DNA of 64,000 nt from Candidatus Heimdallarchaeota archaeon (GTDB lineage: Archaea > Asgardarchaeota > Heimdallarchaeia > Heimdallarchaeales > Kariarchaeaceae). The notes beneath the pieces were generated by a model that saw only the letters and a list, made by a program, of their open reading frames with translations, was not told the DNA's origin and made no database searches. Positions 19,089-27,479 of this stretch are shown piece after piece. Position 1 is the first letter of the stretch. Every line of letters starts with the position of its first letter. The stretch covers positions 34,058 through 98,057 of the forward strand of contig JASBSB010000004.1 of NCBI GenBank assembly GCA_030149205.1, in the 5' to 3' direction. Made by a program: the position numbers and the translations under genes.

Positions 19089-19856
19089 CTAATGACTCTT
19101 TCTATCACTAGAAAATACAAATTCGTTGGTGGTTGATGACCCTTCATCATTTTTAGAAGGTGAGTGATTGACATCCTCTGAAGCATTTGAATGTTGAATT
19201 GAGAACTGAAATGGGTAACTTCGTAAGATAGGAACTCCATTAATCTCAGAGTTAAAAAATGGCTCAGCGAGGATTTTAAGCAAAAGTAGTAATGCAAACA
19301 ACATGATTGTGAGTATCAAAAGTGTGTTCGTTGTAAGATAGACACTTAATTTTTCATTTTGCATCCTCCATCCAGAAGAGAGTAATAGAGATAAAAGCAT
19401 ATAAATTCCGGATAACAAAGAAGAGACATATAACCCCTGTCTCTTCTCCAAGTTGGATCGCAAATTGGTTTTAACTTTAATTACCTTGTAGATGACACCA
19501 GTTCCGATAAGGAACGGACAAAATATTGCAAGATAAACAGTGTAAATATTTATCCATTCTGCATAGGTACTAAAAAGCAGAAATTCGAATGGATAAAGCA
19601 GGAACAACAACAAAACGCTGATCTTTAGCAGTATTTGGTCTGGTAGCTCGATGAGTGTATAGAAAACATAGAAATTAGAAAAGTTAGATAATCCCCACCA
19701 CATTAGAATGAGAATGCCCTGTAAAGTTAGAGCTACTATCCCTTGGTGCCTTACTGCATAAAATAATTCCCAAGTCAAGCTGTATACGAAAACCACAGTT
19801 AGAGCAGACAGTGTTAGGACAATGTTCTGTTTGTAATATTTAAGAAACGCTTTCAT
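19089..19856 (-). CDS. hypothetical multi-pass membrane protein, partner of 19867..20238
   Basis: 255 aa with about 7 TM helices. Lies 10 nt downstream of the short-form gene. Confidence 0.5.
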   Translation of the reverse strand: MKAFLKYYKQNIVLTLSALTVVFVYSLTWELFYAVRHQGIVALTLQGILILMWWGLSNFSNFYVFYTLIELPDQILLKISVLLLFLLYPFEFLLFSTYAEWINIYTVYLAIFCPFLIGTGVIYKVIKVKTNLRSNLEKRQGLYVSSLLSGIYMLLSLLLSSGWRMQNEKLSVYLTTNTLLILTIMLFALLLLLKILAEPFFNSEINGVPILRSYPFQFSIQHSNASEDVNHSPSKNDEGSSTTNEFVFSSDRKSH

Positions 19857-19866
19857 GAATACACCT

Positions 19867-20238
19867 TTAAAATGATTGGTTGTCTATCATCGCATACATC
19901 ACTGCTAAAACAACATGGTAAAATGTGTAAAACATCATGTATGTATTAGACTGAATCAAGATATTCCCTGAGGAATCCACAGTCACACTTACTGAAATTA
20001 TTGTTTCAACAATCTGTAACAGGCCAAGTATTGCTGAGCGATACACATTCATCATTTCTTCTGCAATAGGCAGGGGTGTATTGTTGGCTATGACCTCCCC
20101 AGCAGCCTTGATCCCGTCGACGGTGACGTCTCCCCTGATGGTCTGCAGGGCTGTGAAAGTGAAGCTACTGTGTGTTCCAGTTTCATAGGATTCCTGATGA
20201 AGGCAAGGGTACACATACCTGATATACATTAAAACCAT
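19867..20238 (-). CDS. CxHQ-family hypervariable protein, short form (type-B C-terminal module)
   Basis: 123 aa. MVLMYIRYVYPCLHQESYETGTHS...QTIRGDVTVDGIKAAGEV...PIAEEMMNVYRSAILGLLQIVETIISVSVTVDSSGNILIQSNT. The 3' part is about 98% identical at DNA level to the partial plus-strand copy at 63850-63960. Confidence 0.6.
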   Translation of the reverse strand: MVLMYIRYVYPCLHQESYETGTHSSFTFTALQTIRGDVTVDGIKAAGEVIANNTPLPIAEEMMNVYRSAILGLLQIVETIISVSVTVDSSGNILIQSNTYMMFYTFYHVVLAVMYAMIDNQSF

Positions 20239-20347
20239 TTAAGTTTTTCTCACATTTAAGATAGGTTCACCCCTCTCCCATCATCACTGGAGAGTCTTTT
20301 TATAAAAATGTTCTAACATAGTGCAAGTAGAACAATGTTTAGGTGAA
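20239..20347. repeat. about 105-bp direct repeat, copy 2 (copy 1 at 6580..6690), including a remnant 3' end of a 6641..7183-type gene
   Basis: Near-identical to 6580-6690. Its distal part retains the last about 45 nt of a 6641..7183-like ORF, but no such gene follows. Confidence 0.65.
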
Positions 20348-20651
20348 TATTTTTATAGGTGTTTCTCATGGAGCTTCTTAGCATTGGCCCTTGAAAATTG
20401 CTGCCTTCCCCTTTGATGATCTATTGTGTGATTGTTTTAGAGACGAGTGGAGGAGATCCTTTAAATGGGGATCCTTTTTATGTGTATAACGGGACACAAT
20501 TCCATGACTCCTTTCTTCTAAATTTATCATATAGGATTAATTATCCTATCCAGAATATCTATGGTAAGTATTCCTTTTCAGAATCTATCAAATTTGAAAG
20601 TCAATAGGAAGATTAATCACTAAAAACAGTCTCAAACGAATCTTTTTATAG

Positions 20652-21431
20652 TTACACAGCTGAGACAACTTTTATTTTGCAAAATGAACAAATCTTGACT
20701 GTGAGCCAGTCAAGATACGCAGCAAAAACCAATATTCCAGCCTTAGAAACTACAAATACTACTAAAACACCTGATCCTCTGTCCGAGATGAAATTTTGTC
20801 CCAGAAATGCCAGTGCTATTAAGTTTTCAACAAAAATTAATGCTATAACACCATAAGCGATTAAGTCCCAACTTCCCAAATCAGATAACAGTTTATCCTG
20901 AAAAATGTTAACAAAAAATAGGAGAATAAACAGAAGCAATGCAGTTATCTTTACTGTATCCCATTCATTGTCTAGGAAACTCAAAACAAAAAGAGAAATT
21001 AAGATAATCAATCGAGCAAAAAACAACCTATATTTTCTTACCTCAAATTTTTTCGATTCAGAGTTAAACACCTTTCTAAGCACAGGATCATCAGAAAAAA
21101 TATCTGAGGCAATTATGGCATAGATAGCTAGTATCATCAAAAATAAATTTCTACTAATTATTACACCCAAAAACCCTAGAATTGAATAGCTGTAATATAC
21201 CAAATAGTCTTTATCTCTTTCAGTAATTTTATGGAGAAGTATTCGACTAATTGTTTTAGAAATTATTACTAAGATCATCATTCCTCCTAGGATACCAAAC
21301 CCCTCCCAGCTTAGGAAAGAGACCCTGTTTTGGAGTTGAATGTAAAGCATTATTGGAAACAGCAACATAATTACTTGTCGCAGAAAAAAATTCGTTAGAC
21401 GCAAATTTTCTGGTTCCATAATATCACACAA
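20652..21431 (-). CDS. NFxLRQ-family multi-pass membrane protein (immunity-like partner of 21424..23268)
   Basis: 259 aa. Homologous to 13847..14614 and 61845..62657. Start overlaps the stop of 21424..23268 by 8 nt. Confidence 0.55.
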   Translation of the reverse strand: MCDIMEPENLRLTNFFLRQVIMLLFPIMLYIQLQNRVSFLSWEGFGILGGMMILVIISKTISRILLHKITERDKDYLVYYSYSILGFLGVIISRNLFLMILAIYAIIASDIFSDDPVLRKVFNSESKKFEVRKYRLFFARLIILISLFVLSFLDNEWDTVKITALLLFILLFFVNIFQDKLLSDLGSWDLIAYGVIALIFVENLIALAFLGQNFISDRGSGVLVVFVVSKAGILVFAAYLDWLTVKICSFCKIKVVSAV

Positions 21432-23268
21432 CTGATGAAAACAGTTTTAGCACCTCTTTGAATATAAAAAACAAAAAGGGTAAAACCACAAGAGAGTACC
21501 CTTTTTTGCTAAAGAAGGTTGCTGCTGCCTGAGGGTCTCCTTTTCCAAATTTATCCAGCACTGCATAGCTGACGATCTCTCCACTTGCTACGCCTGCGAG
21601 CCAGAAGTACATCGTTGGTGTCAGGGGATTATCAATCACATTGTCCTTAAAATCGTTGTAGCTCGAGATGAAAATATATAAGAGTTTAGCTAAACTCGTC
21701 TTAGCTGTTAATTTGTTCTCTTTTGCGAACTCTTCTAAGACCTTTTTGAATCCATTTTTACCCTCCTTGACTATCGTTTTGACTGCCTTTCCAGCATTAT
21801 ACACTGTATATGAGAATGGTAAAACAAAGATCAGCGCAGAAAGCCATCCAACCATAAGTTTGTCGAATTCATCAAGGTCTTCCTTTGTCCATGGGTTAAG
21901 GTTTACGTCAGCAAAGAGATACCTGTTCCTCTCTCTGAATATATTTATGAAAGTCAGTAATAGTACGGCTTGTGATGCAATAAAGAGCCCTAGGGACGTA
22001 AGGGTGGCACCCAAGGGGCCCAACACAGGTACAGCCCCATTGGTCTTTTGTGATAACGCACTGGCAATATAGGCTGCATTAAGCAGAGAGAGCCCTATCC
22101 CCTGTGCCCAAACAAGGGAATCAGCACTTGACCCAGCGGGAGAAAGGGTCTCACTGCCGATGATCAGCTCTAAAATGGTCTGGAATAGATCAACTGTGGT
22201 TGTTTTGCCCCCAACCACCATTTTCATTGTTGATACACCAACAAGCTCTATGGTTATATCTAACACCTTGTTATCGATGTATGAGGTGAGACGGAGGCCA
22301 TTTGGGATTAGCACGGTGTTATATCCGGGAGAGGTCTCACCAAGTGTTAAAAACAACGCATTAACGACATTTCGAAAGATAGAGATCAGACCCTCCATTA
22401 TAGGCTTAATCACCTTGTTGACGAAGAACTCTCCGGCGAATTTCACCCCATCGACGAAGCTGGTGACGCCGTCCTTGATGGTCTGCAGGGCTGTGGTACT
22501 CATTGTCCAAAGCTCACTGACAAAGTCCACCAGGGTCGCCCCAGGCTTCCCAATGATGCTCATCACAGTGTTCCACAGGTTCTGCTGCCAGCTCCCCGCA
22601 ACATCGATGTAGGTGTCATAGATGTGGTCAGCAAAGACCAGGATGGCAACCTTGGCGACAGCCACATAGTCCAGGCCTGTATTGGGGTCATACCTCAGAT
22701 TGTTTGGATGGTCAAGGTTCAGCTCAGTGATCAAGGCGTCGTCCTTCAGGATCACGTTTGCCAGCCGGTTCTGCTGGGGCTCCTCCTTGTACCAGTTGAT
22801 GATGCGCTCCACTGAGCCAAAGCCATAGTCGTTGATCTTGCCCCAGACGAAGTCAAAGAGCTTGTACTCCCTGTAGATGACCACATTTCCAATCTTGATG
22901 TCATAGCCAAGCCAGCTGTTCAGGATGCTCTTGGTGTTGGCCCTCAGGCTGTTGAAGTCCTGCACCACCTTCTCCAGCAGCAGAGAGACATCAAAGACCC
23001 GGTCCTTGGTGGGTTGTGTCTCACTGGCAGTCTTCATGGAGGCACGCGCAGTTGGTGGCACCTGTGCCGCCTGCTTCTCATTGTCCGGGCTCCAGCTGAA
23101 GCCTGTCCCCTTGATCAGGGCTGTCAGCACCGAGTGGTTGGCAGCCAACTGGTGACGTGGGGCAAACTCAAGGGTTTCCTGATGTTTTAGGATTTGAGCT
23201 CTGTATCGATTTAACCCGAGCTCAAAGGGTGTAGAATTGCCGCATTGAACTCTGTATCTTTGATGCAT
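21424..23268 (-). CDS. CxHQ-family protein, full-length archetype (GC-rich 230-aa N-terminal extension + conserved core + type-A C-terminal module)
   Basis: 614 aa. Its N-terminus (RYRVQCG..FELG and ILKHQETLEF..HQLAANHS) contains degenerate versions of both the short-form and the long-form N-terminal motifs. The core IDVAGSWQQNLW...GKPGATLVDFVSELWTMSTTALQTIKDGVTSFVDGVKFAGEF is DNA-identical in stretches to 4041..4979. The C-terminal 330 aa is paralogous to 273..1400 and 60719..61834. 22600-23268 is about 55% GC against about 33% background. Confidence 0.65.
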   Translation of the reverse strand: MHQRYRVQCGNSTPFELGLNRYRAQILKHQETLEFAPRHQLAANHSVLTALIKGTGFSWSPDNEKQAAQVPPTARASMKTASETQPTKDRVFDVSLLLEKVVQDFNSLRANTKSILNSWLGYDIKIGNVVIYREYKLFDFVWGKINDYGFGSVERIINWYKEEPQQNRLANVILKDDALITELNLDHPNNLRYDPNTGLDYVAVAKVAILVFADHIYDTYIDVAGSWQQNLWNTVMSIIGKPGATLVDFVSELWTMSTTALQTIKDGVTSFVDGVKFAGEFFVNKVIKPIMEGLISIFRNVVNALFLTLGETSPGYNTVLIPNGLRLTSYIDNKVLDITIELVGVSTMKMVVGGKTTTVDLFQTILELIIGSETLSPAGSSADSLVWAQGIGLSLLNAAYIASALSQKTNGAVPVLGPLGATLTSLGLFIASQAVLLLTFINIFRERNRYLFADVNLNPWTKEDLDEFDKLMVGWLSALIFVLPFSYTVYNAGKAVKTIVKEGKNGFKKVLEEFAKENKLTAKTSLAKLLYIFISSYNDFKDNVIDNPLTPTMYFWLAGVASGEIVSYAVLDKFGKGDPQAAATFFSKKGYSLVVLPFLFFIFKEVLKLFSSVV

Positions 23269-23294
23269 GGACAGATACTATAAAATAAAGACTG

Positions 23295-23315
23295 GAGCTA
23301 TATAAGTTTATCCAG
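23295..23315 (-). promoter_or_regulatory. archaeal TATA-like promoter of 21424..23268
   Basis: Coding-strand GGATAAACTTATATAGC lies about 29 nt upstream of the ATG and matches the long-form promoter consensus. Confidence 0.45.
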
Positions 23316-23406
23316 TGGGAGTTAGATAACTGAGGAACCTCTCCCCCGTACTTTTGGTTCAGCCAGCCATCCACAGCTATTTATACAATCTCTGCTGAGG
23401 GGGGCT

Positions 23407-24309
23407 GTGGCGTTTGACAGCAGCTTCAAGAACATCCTGAAAAGACTTTTTGCAGGGCTTGGGGTGACGGTAATCACCGAGAGTGAGGTTCCGGTGGCAA
23501 ACCAGCGTATCGATTTTCTCATCCCTAACAACCCTCGTCTGAAAGGCACCCCCTTTTTTCATGCACGTGAGCTGGTAATTGGAGAGTTCAAGAGTGAGCG
23601 AGACAGGCTCTTCCCTGGGGATCTGTTGATGCTGATCAGCAAGGCTTACAGCCACCTGGCAGTCAGCTATGGCTATGCTGGCAAGAGAAGCGAGCTCCCG
23701 AAAAGCGCACTCAATCAGGTGAGCTGTGTCCTGATCCTGGGTGGCAACAAGTCAATTGAGACGCTCTCACCGCTTGGGCTGGACTTTCAGGAGCTGGAGG
23801 CAGGTGTGCATGAGTATCAGGGACTGCTACACCTTTTGGTGATAGAGCTTGACAAGATCAGGGAGATGGGGGATATGGATCTGCTGCTGCTCTTTGCCAG
23901 TAAACAGAGAAGAAGACAGGTGATTCAGGATGCTCTCACACAAAACGACAGGTTTATTAGCTCTGTTAGTTATTTGTTATATAAGAAGGAGTGGCAAGAG
24001 ATGTCAACAGACCCCGAATCAATCAGTATTAAGGAGGCAGTGGAATTCTTGGGTGTGGCCAGGGTGATCAATGAGGTGGGGCTGGAGCGAGTGATCCAGG
24101 AGGTTGGGATCAACAGGGTGGTTGACGCAGTGGGACTGGAGAAGGTGGTCGAAGCAGTGGGACTGGAGAAGGTGGTTGACGCAGTGGGATTGGAGAAGGT
24201 GGTCGATGCAGTGGGATTGGAGAAACTGGTCAAAAGCATTGATCCCAAGAAAATTAGCCCTGAGGTCAAGCAAGCTCTTCAGGATTTGTTGAATAAAATA
24301 AATAGCTAA
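23407..24309 (+). CDS. PD-(D/E)XK-fold nuclease family protein (Rpn/YhgA-like putative recombination nuclease) with C-terminal tandem decapeptide repeats
   Basis: 300 aa. RIDFLI...ELVIGEFKSE fits a D...(D/E)xK nuclease motif. The C-terminus has VVDAVGLEK repeated 4-5 times. The gene is GC-rich relative to the genome and divergently oriented from 21424..23268. Confidence 0.5.
   Translation: MAFDSSFKNILKRLFAGLGVTVITESEVPVANQRIDFLIPNNPRLKGTPFFHARELVIGEFKSERDRLFPGDLLMLISKAYSHLAVSYGYAGKRSELPKSALNQVSCVLILGGNKSIETLSPLGLDFQELEAGVHEYQGLLHLLVIELDKIREMGDMDLLLLFASKQRRRQVIQDALTQNDRFISSVSYLLYKKEWQEMSTDPESISIKEAVEFLGVARVINEVGLERVIQEVGINRVVDAVGLEKVVEAVGLEKVVDAVGLEKVVDAVGLEKLVKSIDPKKISPEVKQALQDLLNKINS
24058..24233 (+). 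repeat. 30-bp tandem repeat (about 4 perfect + 2 degenerate units) inside the nuclease gene
   Basis: GTGGTTGACGCAGTGGGACTGGAGAAGGTG repeated head-to-tail, encoding (AVGLEKVVDA)n. It is open in several frames, which explains the overlapping track ORFs on both strands. Confidence 0.8.
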
Positions 24310-24918
24310 GATCATCCATCTCTCAAAATCAGCTTTTATATCAATTTATGTGATATTGGATATTGAAAAAGATTAATTTTTAAATTATTTCAATTTCTCT
24401 TTAATCTCGATAGTAAGAGCTCAGGCAAAAAATTTACACACGAATCCGCTTCAATCCAAGGTTATTTTGGTTAAGATGAACTTATTGGACATACAGTCTT
24501 CAAAGTAATTAATATCTTGGCAATTTTTGCTTCTGGAATCCAACCCCTTGCTGATGCATTAAACGGTGCTTCAAGGTTTGCCAAAGCAGCTCAATATGTC
24601 ACAGACTTCTTAGGAGTAATGCAGATCATTAGAGATGCTCCTAAAGTCTATAATTTATAAGAGCAGCATGTGAAATGGGAAAATTTGGAACATCAAAAGT
24701 TCAAAAAAAAAAAAACGTTAAATCTTGCAATTAAATACTTCTATTAGTATTGAGCAATACTGAAACTTAATTGTAATAAATAAATTATTGATAAATATTT
24801 TGAAGATTTAATTGGAATTATCTAAGTCAAAGTAAAATTCGATAAAATATTGGATTATTTTGCAAAATATATTGTATCATATCTTAAAATTTTATTAACT
24901 TTAATTGGAACAAAACCC

Positions 24919-26319
24919 ATGAATTATCGAGTAGAAAAAGATTCGATGGGTGATAAACAGGTTGAGGCAGACAAACTCTGGGGTTCACAAACTCAAAGGT
25001 CTCTAGAAAACTTTCAAATCTCAGACAGAAAATTTCCTGTGATTTTTATTAAGTCTTTAATTGAGGTCAAAAGAGCTTGTGCAATAGCGAACAAAGAGTT
25101 AGGTGATTTAGATCCAAAAATTGCAGATGCAATTATTCAAGCAGCTGATGAAATTATTGACCAAGACAAGTTTTTGGACATGTTTCCACTGGATATTTTC
25201 CAGACTGGAAGCGGAACACAGACCAATATGAATGCAAATGAAGTGTTATCCAATCGAGCTATACAAATTCTCGGTGGTGAAGTTGGTTCGAAAAAACCAG
25301 TTCATCCAAATGACCACGTGAATAAGGGACAGAGCTCAAATGATGTGATCCCTGCTGCGATGTACATCTCAGCAATACGTGAAATAAAGGATCGACTGAT
25401 ACCTTCACTAGAAAGATTGATCAAATCATTTCAAATCAAATCTGAAAGCTTTAAGGACATAATTAAGATTGGAAGAACTCATCTTCAGGATGCAGTTCCT
25501 ATGAGTCTAGGTCAAGAATTTAGTGCTTATGTCTACCAGTTAAGCGTATCTCGTCATGCAATTGATGATGCATCTAACCTTCTCAAAGAGCTGGCGCTGG
25601 GGGGTACAGCTGTTGGAACAGGTTTAAATGCCAATCCAAAGATGCCTCCACGAGCTATTCAAATCATCTCAGAAAGGTTAAAGATACAGTTTTCACCCAA
25701 TGGGAACAAGTTTGCACTTTTAGCTGGCAAAGAGGCAATGGTGGCAACGAGTGGTGCTTTGAACACCTTAGCAGTGGCTCTGCTGAAAATTGCCAATGAT
25801 ATCCGTTTGCTAGGTTCAGGTCCTCGTGCAGGTATTGGCGAATTAAACCTCCCTGCTAATGAACCAGGCTCTTCAATTATGCCAGGAAAGGTCAACCCAA
25901 CTCAGGCTGAGATGATGGTTCAGGTTGCTACACAGGTGATGGCTAATAACCTCGCAATTACAAACGGTGGATTTTTGGGGTTCTACCAATTAAATCTAAT
26001 GAAACCTCTATTAGTCTCAAATATGATAGAATCTATAAATATTCTGACAAATGGGATGGATTCATTCAGAGTACATATGGTCGATGGAATTGAACCTAAT
26101 ACCAAACGTCTTGAGTCGTTTGTAGAACAGTCTCTTATGCTTGCAACTGCTTTGAGTCCATACATTGGTTATGATAAAGCAGCAAGCTTGGCAAAGAAGG
26201 CATTTAAAGAAAACAAGACAATTAGGGAAGTGGCATTAGAGGAACAAATTATGTCAAGTGAAGAGTTAAACAAGGCACTTGATCTTACTCACATGGTCTT
26301 TCCTGAGAAACCACATTAA
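24919..26319 (+). CDS. fumC: class II fumarate hydratase
   Basis: The N-terminus MNYRVEKDSMGDKQVEADKLWGSQTQRSLENF, the GSGTQTNMNANEV motif and the family signature GSSIMPGKVNPTQAEMM identify the aspartase/fumarase family, fumarase-type. Start taken at the internal ATG at 24919 by alignment to FumC N-termini. Confidence 0.9.
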   Translation: MNYRVEKDSMGDKQVEADKLWGSQTQRSLENFQISDRKFPVIFIKSLIEVKRACAIANKELGDLDPKIADAIIQAADEIIDQDKFLDMFPLDIFQTGSGTQTNMNANEVLSNRAIQILGGEVGSKKPVHPNDHVNKGQSSNDVIPAAMYISAIREIKDRLIPSLERLIKSFQIKSESFKDIIKIGRTHLQDAVPMSLGQEFSAYVYQLSVSRHAIDDASNLLKELALGGTAVGTGLNANPKMPPRAIQIISERLKIQFSPNGNKFALLAGKEAMVATSGALNTLAVALLKIANDIRLLGSGPRAGIGELNLPANEPGSSIMPGKVNPTQAEMMVQVATQVMANNLAITNGGFLGFYQLNLMKPLLVSNMIESINILTNGMDSFRVHMVDGIEPNTKRLESFVEQSLMLATALSPYIGYDKAASLAKKAFKENKTIREVALEEQIMSSEELNKALDLTHMVFPEKPH

Positions 26320-26711
26320 TTAAGAAAACCCTCATCCAAATTTTCAATTTCAGTTTTTGCTTGATTATACCATACTTCAAGAAGTTTATTCATCTCATTT
26401 TTTAGGTCATCAAATGATATAGTGGAGTAGAGAAAAGAATGATTTCCAGCTTTTCCTGTCTTAACTCGCTCTCTTTTCATGAGGTTCAGCTCAATCAAAT
26501 GATTCAATGCCCTATTAATTCGGGTTCTTTCACCATTTTGCAACTCATCGAGTAAATCTTTAATGGTTGCTGATTGCTTGCCATGAATCAGATGACAAAA
26601 AATTTGAAATTCTAAATGATTAAGACCATAAAATGCTTGAACCAAATCCTGACAACTCTGGTTTCCTCGAATTAATTCAGAAATTTTCAAAAGATGATTT
26701 CGTTCAACCAT
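26316..26711 (-). CDS. putative winged-helix transcriptional regulator
   Basis: About 131 aa from the MVERNHLLKISELIRGN start. Has a helix-turn-helix-like segment (TIKDLLDELQNGERTRINRALNHLIELNLM) and overlaps the fumC stop by 4 nt. Family not assignable by eye. Confidence 0.4.
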   Translation of the reverse strand: MVERNHLLKISELIRGNQSCQDLVQAFYGLNHLEFQIFCHLIHGKQSATIKDLLDELQNGERTRINRALNHLIELNLMKRERVKTGKAGNHSFLYSTISFDDLKNEMNKLLEVWYNQAKTEIENLDEGFLN

Positions 26712-27092
26712 ATGATAATTTGGGTTATCCTTTATATATAGATAGAGATTGCCACACAACCATTCAGAGACACCTAAAATTTAATTAAATTTTCAGTAGA
26801 ATCTTCATACTTTTTTAGTATCATTTCATTATCCTTAATTTGAAACTGAAAATATTATTTTGTGACTATTATTGAACTTATTATTGTAATTTCGCTTTGG
26901 TGAACTTTTGGTGCCTTTCACTCAATTCTAAGCACAGGTTTTATTAAAAATAGGTTTAAATCCTCCGGTATACAATGGTATCGAGTTTTCTACAATTTTG
27001 TAGTTTCAGCTCAATTCATATTTATTGTATATTTTTATCCCCCAGAAATCAGTATACATCTGCTACCCCTTTCATTTGTAAAGGGTTTTGGA

Positions 27093-27479
27093 TTGTTGGT
27101 ATTACTTATTGGAGGAGGAATTGCACTCCTTGGTTTAAGTCATTGGGATCTATTGAATTTTGCAGGATTAATTGAAGACTCTAAATCTGCAATCTCAACC
27201 AGTTTTGTCACCTCTGGGGTATATTCATTTACAAGACACCCCGTCTATCTGGGGAGTATGATTGCGTTGTTTGGATTATATATCTTCGCACCCTATGATC
27301 GAAATCTAGGGTATCTAATAGGAATCTCAAGCTATTTTATTGTGGGGTCTATTTTTGAGGAATGGAAATTGAAAAGTGTCTTTTCTGAATATACGTCTTA
27401 CAAACTTAATGTTGGTAGATTCTTTCCATCAAATATTAGACAACTCAAATATTTTATTAAACAATTTAAGAATTTGTGA
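27093..27479 (+). CDS. isoprenylcysteine carboxyl methyltransferase/phospholipid methyltransferase (ICMT/PEMT)-family membrane protein, possibly N-terminally incomplete
   Basis: Contains the family motif TRHPVYLGSMIALFGL and the C-terminal EEW/EE..L region. At 128 aa it is shorter than typical members. Confidence 0.45.
   Translation: MLVLLIGGGIALLGLSHWDLLNFAGLIEDSKSAISTSFVTSGVYSFTRHPVYLGSMIALFGLYIFAPYDRNLGYLIGISSYFIVGSIFEEWKLKSVFSEYTSYKLNVGRFFPSNIRQLKYFIKQFKNL

Noticed and set aside
18476-19297. Track ORF of 273 aa overlapping 19089..19856
   Set aside because: The 5' 83 codons (TTG start) are a read-through extension. The family-type start is the ATG at 19046-19048 (MKSLDITSVYCCLHQ), preceded by the conserved AAACTTTATATG element, which also removes the overlap.
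1-23330. Interpretation of the repeated gene family as an IS/transposon or integrated virus
   Set aside because: No transposase or integrase motifs (DDE, tyrosine or serine recombinase). No terminal inverted repeats bounding individual units. No capsid, terminase or portal-like sequences. The units are promoter-plus-gene-plus-partner cassettes. The only nuclease-like gene is the single PD-(D/E)XK gene at 23407..24309.
24058-24233. Possible CRISPR array, suggested by the regular 30-bp repeats
   Set aside because: The units are contiguous with no spacers, lie inside a coding sequence and encode a decapeptide repeat. No cas genes in the window.
23970-24315. Overlapping ORFs 23970..24269 (-), 24019..24315 (-) and 24104..24292 (+) with highly repetitive translations
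   Set aside because: They are alternative-frame readings of the 30-bp tandem repeat inside the nuclease gene 23407..24309. The repeat periodicity of 30 nt keeps every frame open.
24310-24918. About 600-bp intergenic gap with an A12 run (24708-24719) between the nuclease and fumC
   Set aside because: AT-rich spacer without repeats, ORFs or recognisable RNA motifs. It probably just marks the boundary between accessory and core DNA.
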